Positions 9,527 through 18,230 of a stretch of DNA of 64,000 nucleotides are shown in pieces. The translations under genes were made by a program, and so were the position numbers. The notes beneath the pieces were generated by a model that saw only the letters and a program-made list of their open reading frames with translations, made no database searches and was not told the origin of the DNA. This DNA comes from Patescibacteria group bacterium (lineage in GTDB: Bacteria; Patescibacteriota; Patescibacteriia; PEXW01), in NCBI GenBank assembly GCA_041665345.1, contig JBAYJA010000001.1, positions 329,206-393,205 on the forward strand, read 5' to 3'. Numbering within the stretch: position 1 is the first letter of the stretch; every line of letters starts with the position of its first letter.

Positions 9527-10644
9527 CATTCCAAATCTTCATTCGATCCATAGCATTCCGCGTTGGGGTGAGCGTTGCCCTGCTCTTCATTGTGCTGTTT
9601 GGGAGTTTGTACTTCTTCGTGGAGCGGCGCGGTGAACGAGCGTTTACCGATGTGGTGACCACCTGGAATGGCCGCTTTGGCATCATCACCCCGTTTGATG
9701 ATCCGCAGATGCCGTGGTCAAACCGCATTGCCGAGCCGCGCCAGGAGTTCCGCGCACGTTTCCGCAATTCACTCCTGTTCATTGGCGGGCTTGGTGTTTT
9801 GGGATCAGTGGCTATTGGTGCACTGGTCGCTTCCATGATCACCCGGCCGTTGCGGAAAGTGGGGGAGGGCATGCAGAAGTTGCGAGCCAGTGACTACAAC
9901 CACAAGCTTGCACCAGCTCCTGCTGCGGAAGTGGATGCCTTGGTCACAGAGTTCAACGCATTGACCGATGAATTGCGCCGGACCGATGAATTACGAAAAA
10001 CCATGATCTCCGACGTGTCGCATGAATTGGCAACGCCCATCACCAGTCTCATGGCGCAGCTGGAAGCCATAAGTGACCAAGTGGTTCCTTTGGACGTTGT
10101 GCGCATAGGGAAGTTGCGCACGCAGCTAGACCGGCTGCACAGCATGGTGGATGGCTTGCAAGAGTACACGCGTTTGCGCAGCCGGGCAGTGTCTTTGCAG
10201 CGGCAGATGGTTGACCTCCGACAAGTGGTGGACGCCGTGCTCAATACGCACGAGCAGACGATACGCACTGCACGCATGGCAGTCCATGTGGACATTGCGG
10301 CCGGTGCCACCCTGCAGGCTGACCCCAAATTGCTGGAGCATGTGCTGAACAATTTGGTTGCGAATGCATTGCGGTATAGCCAGGGGAAAACCCTTGCCAT
10401 TCGGCATACTCCCAACCAATTGGTGGTTGAAGATGACGGTGTGGGGATTCCCGCTGAGCACCGGCAAAATATTTTTGAACGTTTCTTCCGCATGGAGAAA
10501 AGCCGCAGCCGGGAAACTGGTGGGCTTGGTTTGGGGCTGGCAATAGTGAAGGAAATTGTGGAAGCGCACGGTTGGCGCATTCGGGCTGAGCAAAGCCAGT
10601 ACTCAACTGGCGCGGCTTTTGTTATTACTACACATCTTGGGTAA
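9523..10644 (+). CDS. sensor histidine kinase (BaeS-like, HAMP)
   Basis: DVSHELATP, NLVANALRY, EDDGVGI, GGLGLGLAI. Confidence 0.95.
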   Translation: MTFQIFIRSIAFRVGVSVALLFIVLFGSLYFFVERRGERAFTDVVTTWNGRFGIITPFDDPQMPWSNRIAEPRQEFRARFRNSLLFIGGLGVLGSVAIGALVASMITRPLRKVGEGMQKLRASDYNHKLAPAPAAEVDALVTEFNALTDELRRTDELRKTMISDVSHELATPITSLMAQLEAISDQVVPLDVVRIGKLRTQLDRLHSMVDGLQEYTRLRSRAVSLQRQMVDLRQVVDAVLNTHEQTIRTARMAVHVDIAAGATLQADPKLLEHVLNNLVANALRYSQGKTLAIRHTPNQLVVEDDGVGIPAEHRQNIFERFFRMEKSRSRETGGLGLGLAIVKEIVEAHGWRIRAEQSQYSTGAAFVITTHLG

Positions 10645-10682
10645 GAAAAAGCAGCTCGGTATAGACGAGCTGCTGATGGAGG

Positions 10683-11333
10683 CTAGTACTGTTCGACACA
10701 GAACATGGCTCTGCAAAGGTGCAGTACATCCTGGGTAGGTTTCACCAGAATGTCTTGGGTTACATTGAGCAGTAAGGCTTCACTCACCACGGCTTGGGTC
10801 AAGTCTTTGGCATGGGCAATATCCGCTTCTCCATGCATTTGAGTGTAGGTGAAGTCTGTCAGTTGCAGTTTGCGTCCCGCATCCGCAAGCCAGGGCATGA
10901 ATGCTGCTGATGTGTGTTCCAAAAGTGCGAGCACAGAAACGCCGTAGAGCGCACTTTTTTCCGCATAGCTGAGGAGCACGCCAGCTCGCTGCTTTGCCTG
11001 CATTCGCCGGGAGTGGTCTATCCGCTCTTCCCATAGCGGAGTAACGAAGCGGTCAAGCATTGCCGGGTGGTCTTCACCCACTTCACACTCCAAGTTGCTG
11101 CGACACGCATGTATAGCTTCAGGGCTTTGCACGCGGAGCCAGGTGAGACTCAGCAGGGGAATGAACGTTGGTCGAATGGTGTCGGCGTAGGTGAGGACAA
11201 TGTCCGCCAATTGCTCAGGAGTAAGCGATGCAACGGATGGCAGCATTCTTCCCACAGTGTTGGCAACCATCCGAAGTTCATGCTGTGTTTTGCCAAGCAG
11301 CTGTCGTTCGTCCAAGACTTGTAGTTCTGACAT
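10683..11333 (-). CDS. heme-oxygenase-like iron-containing redox enzyme
   Basis: NLECEVGEDH, LLEH, MHGEADIAH di-iron ligand pattern; own promoter 11372-11400 and AAAGGAG. Confidence 0.7.
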   Translation of the reverse strand: MSELQVLDERQLLGKTQHELRMVANTVGRMLPSVASLTPEQLADIVLTYADTIRPTFIPLLSLTWLRVQSPEAIHACRSNLECEVGEDHPAMLDRFVTPLWEERIDHSRRMQAKQRAGVLLSYAEKSALYGVSVLALLEHTSAAFMPWLADAGRKLQLTDFTYTQMHGEADIAHAKDLTQAVVSEALLLNVTQDILVKPTQDVLHLCRAMFCVEQY

Positions 11334-11401
11334 TTGGAAAGGTCTCCTTTCTGGTTTTTGCGTTTCAGCTGAGCTTACTCTTGTACGTAGTACCCGTCAA
11401 G

Positions 11402-11532
11402 AAAAAAAAATGACGGCAGGGTTGGGAGACCATGCCGCCGTTGTGTCGGGCTTTTTTGGGACCGCAGAACCCATTGTTTGTCCTGCAGCTTTCAAAGAGC
11501 TAGCCGATGACACTACCCGACGTAATGCAGGC
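11402..11532 (-). ncRNA. candidate structured ncRNA, copy 2
   Basis: Promoter TTGACG-18-TACCCT (11568-11539), outer stem GTCGGG/CCCGAC, core GCTCTTTGAAAGC, inner stem, terminator with U-tract. Confidence 0.6.
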
Positions 11533-11569
11533 AGAAGAAGGGTACAGGGAGCAGGGGAAAAGCGTCAAG

Positions 11570-11691
11570 AAAAAGACGGTAGTTTCTGGGAACTACCGTC
11601 CGTAGATGATTGAGTGTTAGCCGAAACGTGGTCTATTACTGCATCGGCTTTCAAAGAGCGAGCTCAGCGCCTACTCAATCAAGACGCAAGC
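11570..11691 (-). ncRNA. candidate structured ncRNA, copy 1
   Basis: Promoter TTGACC-17-TACACT (11726-11698), outer stem TGATTGAGT/ACTCAATCA, core GCTCTTTGAAAGC, inner stem AGCCGA/TCGGCT, terminator 11570-11600. Confidence 0.65.
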
Positions 11692-11819
11692 AAGGGGAGT
11701 GTAGAATGGGATGCGAAGTGGGTCAATAAACAGTGGGGGTTGACTTCTTGGGAAAAACGTGTACGCTGACTTCTTCGGAAATGGAATTGTACATTATACA
11801 TGGTCAATATGGAGGTTCG

Positions 11820-12422
11820 ATGCTCAAGAAGGAGTTTCTCTCACAGCAGGAAATGGAATTCATTTATGAGAATATCCGCATTGCGTGGGAGCTGAAGGAA
11901 AAAGGACTTTTCGTCCCGATCAACCAAAAGCGAATGCATGAGCTGGTAGGGCGGGGTATTGCAGTGCCCGTATGCCCAGATGGTGACCACAGTCATGACA
12001 TGTTTAACCATCTCACTTCGTTCACTCGTCGGGTGCATGCTCCCGCATTGAACGGGGGAGCGGTTATGATGTCACCTCACCATCCGAAGTATCAGATTGA
12101 GGGGCAAGCGCTTTTCAACAGCCTTGACGGTGCACGTCAGGCCGGCAAACGCTATGGGAATGAGTATGGACTGTTTGGTTTTGAAACGCATCTTGTGTGC
12201 AAAGCAATGCTTGAGGAAATGCGAGGTATTGCTTCTTGTACGCAGTGCATTCTTGAAGGGAAAGATGACTTTATTACGCGGACGGGAATTTCTCCCAAAG
12301 CAACAATGGTTTTCATTCGAATCGACTGGACTCCCTTTGAGCAAAGGGAGGAGAAGAAGAAACGCCGTACCTATATAGTCAAGGGTAGTCGACGTGAGCT
12401 TCTGCGGCCGTATTTGCAGTAG
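11820..12422 (+). CDS. hypothetical protein with beta-carbonic-anhydrase-like Zn motif
   Basis: VCPDGD (CxD), LNGGA, HLVC (HxxC); GGAGG RBS, own promoter and terminator. Confidence 0.5.
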   Translation: MLKKEFLSQQEMEFIYENIRIAWELKEKGLFVPINQKRMHELVGRGIAVPVCPDGDHSHDMFNHLTSFTRRVHAPALNGGAVMMSPHHPKYQIEGQALFNSLDGARQAGKRYGNEYGLFGFETHLVCKAMLEEMRGIASCTQCILEGKDDFITRTGISPKATMVFIRIDWTPFEQREEKKKRRTYIVKGSRRELLRPYLQ

Positions 12423-12475
12423 TTGATCTTTTGTTTGGACTGGTCATTGTGCCAGTCCTTTTCTACATTTCAATA

Positions 12476-12504
12476 TTGACAGGTAGCTGTGTGTTCCCTA
12501 CACT
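12476..12504 (+). promoter_or_regulatory. sigma70-type promoter of the Ehr operon
   Basis: TTGACA-17-TACACT, then about 100-nt leader starting with hairpin TGATGC/GCATCA. Confidence 0.6.
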
Positions 12505-12610
12505 TGATGCGTCCCGGGCATCATTTCGGCCATCGTAACTACGTTTATCAGTTTTGCTATCCGCTTGCATTTTTTTGCAGGCATCATTCAATCTGGGTTG
12601 ATGTACGTCT

Positions 12611-13150
12611 ATGTTCACACTTTTTTTGAAGATATTTAGCACGCCGAAGACTGTCATCCCCGTCCAGGATTTTGACCGTGAGCAGGCGGCCATTCTGGCG
12701 GTCGGTGAGCGGTTACAGGAGCAGGTGAAACGCCTCTTCCGTGGTTCTTTGGCTATTCGGCAGGTGGACGCTGGTTCAGACAATGCGTGCGAGCAAGAAC
12801 TCGTCGCCCTTGGGAATGCTTTCTACGATGTAGAGCGTTTCGGTATCCACTTTGTGGCGTCGCCGAAGCATGCGGATATGCTTTTGGTGACTGGCCCCGT
12901 AACCCGGAACATGGCTGAAGCATTGCGGCGAGCGTACGCAGCCACGCCAGAGCCAAAAATTGTGGTGGCCGTTGGCGATGATGCAATCAACGGTGGGATT
13001 TTCAAAGGGTCATATGCGACGCATGATGGCGTTGGGAATGTCATCCCCGTGCACTACCAGATTCCGGGTGATCCACCTACGCCAAAGGTTATTATTTACC
13101 ACCTTCTCAAAATTTTGGAAGGACTCGAAAGAAAACCCACACGCACCTGA
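12611..13150 (+). CDS. hyfI: Ehr/hydrogenase-4 small subunit (NuoB/HycG family), three Fe-S Cys replaced by Asp
   Basis: YDVERFGIHFVASPKHADMLLVTGPVT; GSDNAC, VGDDA, PGDPP. Confidence 0.88.
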   Translation: MFTLFLKIFSTPKTVIPVQDFDREQAAILAVGERLQEQVKRLFRGSLAIRQVDAGSDNACEQELVALGNAFYDVERFGIHFVASPKHADMLLVTGPVTRNMAEALRRAYAATPEPKIVVAVGDDAINGGIFKGSYATHDGVGNVIPVHYQIPGDPPTPKVIIYHLLKILEGLERKPTRT

Positions 13151-13155
13151 GCACT

Positions 13156-15204
13156 ATGCTAGCTAACATTGCTACACCACTGGGTTTCGTCGCGCTCCTC
13201 CTCCTCTTCACCGTTGGGGCTATCGGTGCTTTGCTCCTTCATCGGCATGACCACCGAGCGAATGTGTGGGGTAGTCTTTTCGCAATCGCTGGTTCGGTGT
13301 GGGGCGTGCTTTTCGCCATTGCGGTACTCGTGGGCGGAAATGACATTGCTGCGGCAGTGCAGCTTTCTCCTTTCCCTTTGTTCACCTTCTCCGTGCACAT
13401 CGACAAGCTTTCCGCTTTCTTCCTTGCGGTCATTTCGCTCATCGCGCTGTTCTCCTCTACCTATGGCATAGGCTACGTGAAGCACTACTACAAGCAGTAC
13501 AGCATTGGCGCCCTAGGTTTTTTCTACAACCTGTTCATCGCAGGCATGCTCCTGGTCGTTTCCGCGTCAAACGGGATTTTTTTTCTCGTCGCCTGGGAAC
13601 TCATGTCCCTTGCTTCGTACTTCTTGGTGGTGTACGACCGTAAGGATGCACAGAACGTGAAAGCCGGGTTCCTCTACCTGGTCATGACGCATGTGGGGAC
13701 GGCCTTCATTATCATCGCATTCCTCTTGCTCTATACCCACACTGGGTCGTTTGACTTTGCGGCTATAAAGGCTGGCGCCGTGCTCATCCCGGCATCTATG
13801 AAGAATGCTATTTTCATTCTGGCAATGGTAGGCTTTGGCACGAAGGCTGGCATCATTCCATTCCACATTTGGCTGCCGAGCGCTCACCCCGCGGCACCTT
13901 CACACGTCTCCGCCTTGATGTCTGGCGTGATGATAAAGACCGGCATCTTCATGATGATCAGGCTTTTCCTGGACATTCTCCAGCCTGTCCCGGCATGGTG
14001 GGGGCTGACCGTCGTGGTGATCGGACTTGTTTCGACATTGCTGGGCGTGCTCTACGCATTGACCGAGCACGATATTAAACGTTTGTTGGCGTACTCTAGT
14101 ATCGAGAATATTGGCATCATCCTCCTGGGCGTGGGGAGCGCCCTCACATTCACCGCTCTGGGCATGCAGCCCCTGGCGCTCATCGGCCTGGTTGCGGCGC
14201 TCTTCCATACGCTCAATCATGCAACATTCAAGTCCTTACTCTTCCTCAGCGCTGGATCAGTCATCAACCAGACACATACGCGCAATATGGAAGAGTATGG
14301 TGGGCTGATGAAATATATGCCACAGACAGCGTTGTTCTTTTTGGTTGGCGCAATGGCTATTTCCGCTTTGCCGCCCTTCAATGGTTTCTTCAGCGAATGG
14401 CTGACCTTCCAAGCACTTTTTCAGGGGATTGCGGCGTTAGATTTTTACGCAAAGTGGATTTTCATTCTTGCCGCTGGTTCTCTGGCATTCACCGGTGGGT
14501 TAGCATTAGCATGTTTTGTAAAAGCCTTTGGTGCAACCTTCCTGGCCCGGCCGAGGAGTATTGCAGTGACGCACACGAAAGAATCTTCCCTCTCCCTGCG
14601 TGTCGGTATGGCTGCCCTCGCAGTATTCGCCCTGGTGTTCGGCGTATTCTCCGGACGTCTAACTTCATTCCTCAATGGTGTTGGTCGTGACCTGCAGGTG
14701 TTTCATTCCTCGACCTCCTTCATTTCCATAAATACTCACCAAAATTTGTCGGCTGGGCATTTTGCCTTCGTGTCTCCACTTGCGCTCTTCGTCTACCTCC
14801 TCATTGCACTGGTCATCGTCGTGCTCGGGGTAAAGTACCTGGTGAACCGCAAGCAGAAAGTGCACCTTGGCGCCACGTGGGATTGCGGGACAGATTTGAG
14901 CCCGCGCATGGAGGTTACTGCTACCGGTTTTTCGCATTCTATTGTTACCATCTTTCAGCGAGTGCTCCGGCCCAGCATCCAGCACGACATTGAGTACCGT
15001 GATGACCAGAGTCGCTACTTGCCGAAATCCAGAACGGTGACGCTTGGGGTGAGCGATCTCTACCATACGTACATCTACAACCCAATTCACACATTAGTGA
15101 CTACTCTTTCCGAACGGACGAAGCATGTCCAAGGTGGGAATATCAACGTCTACCTCCTGTACATCTTCATTGCGCTGCTCGCCGCTCTCGTCGTGATTCG
15201 ATAA
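13156..15204 (+). CDS. hyfB: Ehr/hydrogenase-4 antiporter-like membrane subunit B
   Basis: WELMS, KAGIIPFHIWLPSAHPAAPSHVSALMSG, TWDCG. Confidence 0.9.
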   Translation: MLANIATPLGFVALLLLFTVGAIGALLLHRHDHRANVWGSLFAIAGSVWGVLFAIAVLVGGNDIAAAVQLSPFPLFTFSVHIDKLSAFFLAVISLIALFSSTYGIGYVKHYYKQYSIGALGFFYNLFIAGMLLVVSASNGIFFLVAWELMSLASYFLVVYDRKDAQNVKAGFLYLVMTHVGTAFIIIAFLLLYTHTGSFDFAAIKAGAVLIPASMKNAIFILAMVGFGTKAGIIPFHIWLPSAHPAAPSHVSALMSGVMIKTGIFMMIRLFLDILQPVPAWWGLTVVVIGLVSTLLGVLYALTEHDIKRLLAYSSIENIGIILLGVGSALTFTALGMQPLALIGLVAALFHTLNHATFKSLLFLSAGSVINQTHTRNMEEYGGLMKYMPQTALFFLVGAMAISALPPFNGFFSEWLTFQALFQGIAALDFYAKWIFILAAGSLAFTGGLALACFVKAFGATFLARPRSIAVTHTKESSLSLRVGMAALAVFALVFGVFSGRLTSFLNGVGRDLQVFHSSTSFISINTHQNLSAGHFAFVSPLALFVYLLIALVIVVLGVKYLVNRKQKVHLGATWDCGTDLSPRMEVTATGFSHSIVTIFQRVLRPSIQHDIEYRDDQSRYLPKSRTVTLGVSDLYHTYIYNPIHTLVTTLSERTKHVQGGNINVYLLYIFIALLAALVVIR

Positions 15205-15206
15205 CC

Positions 15207-16133
15207 GTGACCATTTTTTTCTCCATACTCCAGGCCATCCTCATTCCTGCACTCTCGCCGTTGGGTGTTGGCTTGGTGAGGAAGCTGAAAGCAAGGTTGC
15301 AGAACCGTCAAGGGGCAAGTGTCCTGCAGCCGTATCGGGATTTGTGGAAGCTTTTTCACAAAGATGAAATTATCAGCACTGACGCGTCGTGGATTTTTCG
15401 TTACGCGCCGTTCATCCTCTTCGCGGTTACCCTGGTGGTGAGCGCGAGCATCCCATTCCTCACGGCCATTCCCGGCAGCACATTGACGAGCGACGTACTG
15501 GTTGTCATCTACACCCTAGCCATTGGGACATTTTTCTTGGCCTTGGCGGGGATGGATACCGGTGGGCCGTTCGGCGGTTTTGGCGCCAGCCGCGAAATGA
15601 CCGTATCCGCGTTGGCCGAAGGTGGGCTTATTTTTTCGCTCCTCACCATAGCTTTGCGGAGCGGTACCACCGACCTTTTTGCCATGTCGAGCGCCTCACT
15701 CATCTCCACTACCAGCTCGTACGTGCCTGTGGCCATGGCATTTGTCGGCTTCTTCATTGTGCTGCTGGCGGAAACTGCCCGGTTTCCATTTGACAATCCA
15801 GCCACACACCTGGAACTCACCATGATTCACGAAGCCATGATTCTGGAACACTCTGGAAAGCGGCTGGCGCTCATGGAGTGGGCCTCAGCAAACAAGCTTC
15901 TCATCTTCCTCTCGCTGGGCGCAAACATATTCTTTCCTTGGGGCATCGCACATAGCTTTGGGTTCGCCGAAATGCTTGTGAGTATTTTGGTTTTTGCGGT
16001 CAAGATGCTCATACTCTACACAGCAATTGCAGTACTGGAGTCGAGCATTGCGAAATTTCGTTTCTTCCGCCTCCCTGATCTACTCATGGTTTCTTTCATT
16101 TTGAACAGTGTGGCTATCGCTTTTCTAAAATAG
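15207..16133 (+). CDS. hyfC: Ehr/hydrogenase-4 NuoH-like subunit
   Basis: RLQNRQGASVLQPYRDL, PFDNPATHLELTMIHEAMILE. Confidence 0.9.
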   Translation: MTIFFSILQAILIPALSPLGVGLVRKLKARLQNRQGASVLQPYRDLWKLFHKDEIISTDASWIFRYAPFILFAVTLVVSASIPFLTAIPGSTLTSDVLVVIYTLAIGTFFLALAGMDTGGPFGGFGASREMTVSALAEGGLIFSLLTIALRSGTTDLFAMSSASLISTTSSYVPVAMAFVGFFIVLLAETARFPFDNPATHLELTMIHEAMILEHSGKRLALMEWASANKLLIFLSLGANIFFPWGIAHSFGFAEMLVSILVFAVKMLILYTAIAVLESSIAKFRFFRLPDLLMVSFILNSVAIAFLK

Positions 16134-16134
16134 T

Positions 16135-16782
16135 ATGGACACTACCCCTGAGCAAATCCTCCTGACGATATTCTTCCTCACGATTGTGATGCTGCACATC
16201 GTGAAGAAAAACTCTGGCACAGCCATCCTCTACGGCCTACAATCTCTCACTGTCGTTCTGCTGCTCGTGCATACGTTTGCGGCTACCAGGGATATTTCCA
16301 TTCTCATTATTGCCGCCCTTCTACTTATTGTGAAAGTCATTCTTGCACCAAGTTTCTTCCTGCGTCTCATTCGGAAGCACGAGCTAAAATTTTCAGTCAG
16401 CACGTACGTGAACCTACCGTTGACACTTGTCATGGTAACCGTTCTGACAGCCATTGCGCATTCCCAGGTTTTTGGCCCACTCATCAACCACATCCCTGCC
16501 AATCAGCAGTACTTGTCCTTGTCCCTGGCTGCGCTGTTCATCTCTCTCTTCCTCATTGTGAATCGGAAGGGTGCGCTTTCACAAATTGTTGGCATCCTCT
16601 CGCTGGAGAACTGCATCGTTGCCTTTGCACTTTTTGCCGGTTTGGAGCAGTCACCCGCATTGCAAATTGGCGTCCTCTTCGACATTTCAGTGTGGATTAT
16701 TATTGCCAGCGTGTTCATCACCATGATTCACAGGCATTTTGGCACGTTGGACGTGACGGAAATGCGGCACTTAAAAGAGTAA
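16135..16782 (+). CDS. hyfE: Ehr/hydrogenase-4 membrane subunit E
   Basis: RKGALSQIVGILSLEN; position in operon. Confidence 0.85.
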   Translation: MDTTPEQILLTIFFLTIVMLHIVKKNSGTAILYGLQSLTVVLLLVHTFAATRDISILIIAALLLIVKVILAPSFFLRLIRKHELKFSVSTYVNLPLTLVMVTVLTAIAHSQVFGPLINHIPANQQYLSLSLAALFISLFLIVNRKGALSQIVGILSLENCIVAFALFAGLEQSPALQIGVLFDISVWIIIASVFITMIHRHFGTLDVTEMRHLKE

Positions 16783-16786
16783 CCGT

Positions 16787-18229
16787 ATGGAATTGGCACT
16801 CATATTTATCCCACTTCTGCTTGCAACCGCAATTGGCCTGCTCATAAAACGCCAGCGGGTCATTGAGTGGGTTTCGGTTGTCGCAACCGTGGTCGCGTTC
16901 ACCGCAAGTCTCTTGGTCGCCCGCCAGGTGGCTGTGCGTGGTGTGTACGCGGTTGGACAATTTTTTTCGGTGGATGCCCTTGGCGCAATTGTCATGCTCA
17001 TCATTGCGTTCGTTGGTCTGGCGGTAACTGCATACGCGGTATTCTACCTTCGCACGGAAATGACACATGGGATCATCGGTTTTCGTCGGGTGCGCCAGTT
17101 GTACGTGTTGCTCAGTCTTTTCTTAGTGGCAATGTTTTTGGCAGCCACCTCCAGCAGCCCCATTTTTACCTGGCTATCTATTGAGGCCACCACGCTGGCT
17201 ACTGCGTTCCTCATTAGTTTCTACAACAAGCCCACCGCAATGGAGGCGGCCTGGAAGTACCTGATCATTAATTCCGTTGGTCTGCTACTGGCATTTTTTG
17301 GCACGCTGCTGTACCTCACGGTGCTGGAAGGTTCAGGTGGGGCAGATTTTCCAACCTGGAGCAGCCTCCTTGCGAATGCTGCACACCTTGACCCGTTGAT
17401 TGCGAAAATCGCTTTCGTCTTCGCGCTCATTGGCTACGGGACGAAGATGGGTTTAGCCCCAATGCACACCTGGTTGCCAGATGCGCATAGCAAAGCCCCG
17501 GTGCCGATTAGCGCGCTCCTCTCGGGTGTGTTGCTCAACGTTGCGTTCTTCGCAGTCATCAAGTGCAAAGGGGTTACTGACCTCGCCGTGGGTCCAGATT
17601 TTTCTCAGAAGCTCCTCATCGCGTTTGGGGTGCTGACGATTGGGATTGCCGCGCTCATAGTCGTCATCCAAAAAAATTACAAGCGTTTGCTGGCATACTC
17701 AAGCATGGAGAATATGGGGATTCTGGCGCTTGGGTTTGGCTTCGGTGGGCTTGGCATTTTTGCGGCACTGCTCCACACCTTGTACCATGCTCTCCTGAAA
17801 TCCGCCTTCTTCCTGACCGTGGGGAACGTTTTCCTGAAGTACGGCACCACGAAAATTCACCAAGTGCAAGGTGCCCTTCGGATCCTTCCGGTAACGAGTG
17901 TGCTCTTGCTCATTGGTTTCTTGGCCATTACCGGCGCGCCACCGTTTGGGATATTCTTTACGAAAATATACATTCTGTCCGCTGGTATGCAGCAGCACCC
18001 TTTCGTCAGCATCATCGTGTTGCTTTTCATGGCCGTGCTCTTCTACGGCTTCTTCAAGCACATTACCAGTATGGTGTTTGGTACGGCCCCAGCAGACATG
18101 CAACCAGGTCAGCAAAGCGCATGGCTCACAATTCCACCCCTTGTCCTCGTCGTCATTGCGCTCTACCTGAGCCTCCACCTGCCAGCATTCCTCAACACCC
18201 TCGTCCATGCAGCGGCGGCAAAATACTAG
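16787..18229 (+). CDS. hyfF: Ehr/hydrogenase-4 antiporter-like subunit F
   Basis: EAAWKYLII, GYGTKMGLAPMHTWLPDAHSKAP. Confidence 0.9.
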   Translation: MELALIFIPLLLATAIGLLIKRQRVIEWVSVVATVVAFTASLLVARQVAVRGVYAVGQFFSVDALGAIVMLIIAFVGLAVTAYAVFYLRTEMTHGIIGFRRVRQLYVLLSLFLVAMFLAATSSSPIFTWLSIEATTLATAFLISFYNKPTAMEAAWKYLIINSVGLLLAFFGTLLYLTVLEGSGGADFPTWSSLLANAAHLDPLIAKIAFVFALIGYGTKMGLAPMHTWLPDAHSKAPVPISALLSGVLLNVAFFAVIKCKGVTDLAVGPDFSQKLLIAFGVLTIGIAALIVVIQKNYKRLLAYSSMENMGILALGFGFGGLGIFAALLHTLYHALLKSAFFLTVGNVFLKYGTTKIHQVQGALRILPVTSVLLLIGFLAITGAPPFGIFFTKIYILSAGMQQHPFVSIIVLLFMAVLFYGFFKHITSMVFGTAPADMQPGQQSAWLTIPPLVLVVIALYLSLHLPAFLNTLVHAAAAKY

Positions 18230-18230
18230 T

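Noticed and set aside
11402-11691. CRISPR array from the repeated GCTTTCAAAGAGC
   Set aside because: Only two copies, separated by a terminator and promoter; no cas genes in the window.
12505-12610. Riboswitch in the Ehr leader
   Set aside because: Only a simple 6-bp hairpin; no recognisable aptamer consensus.
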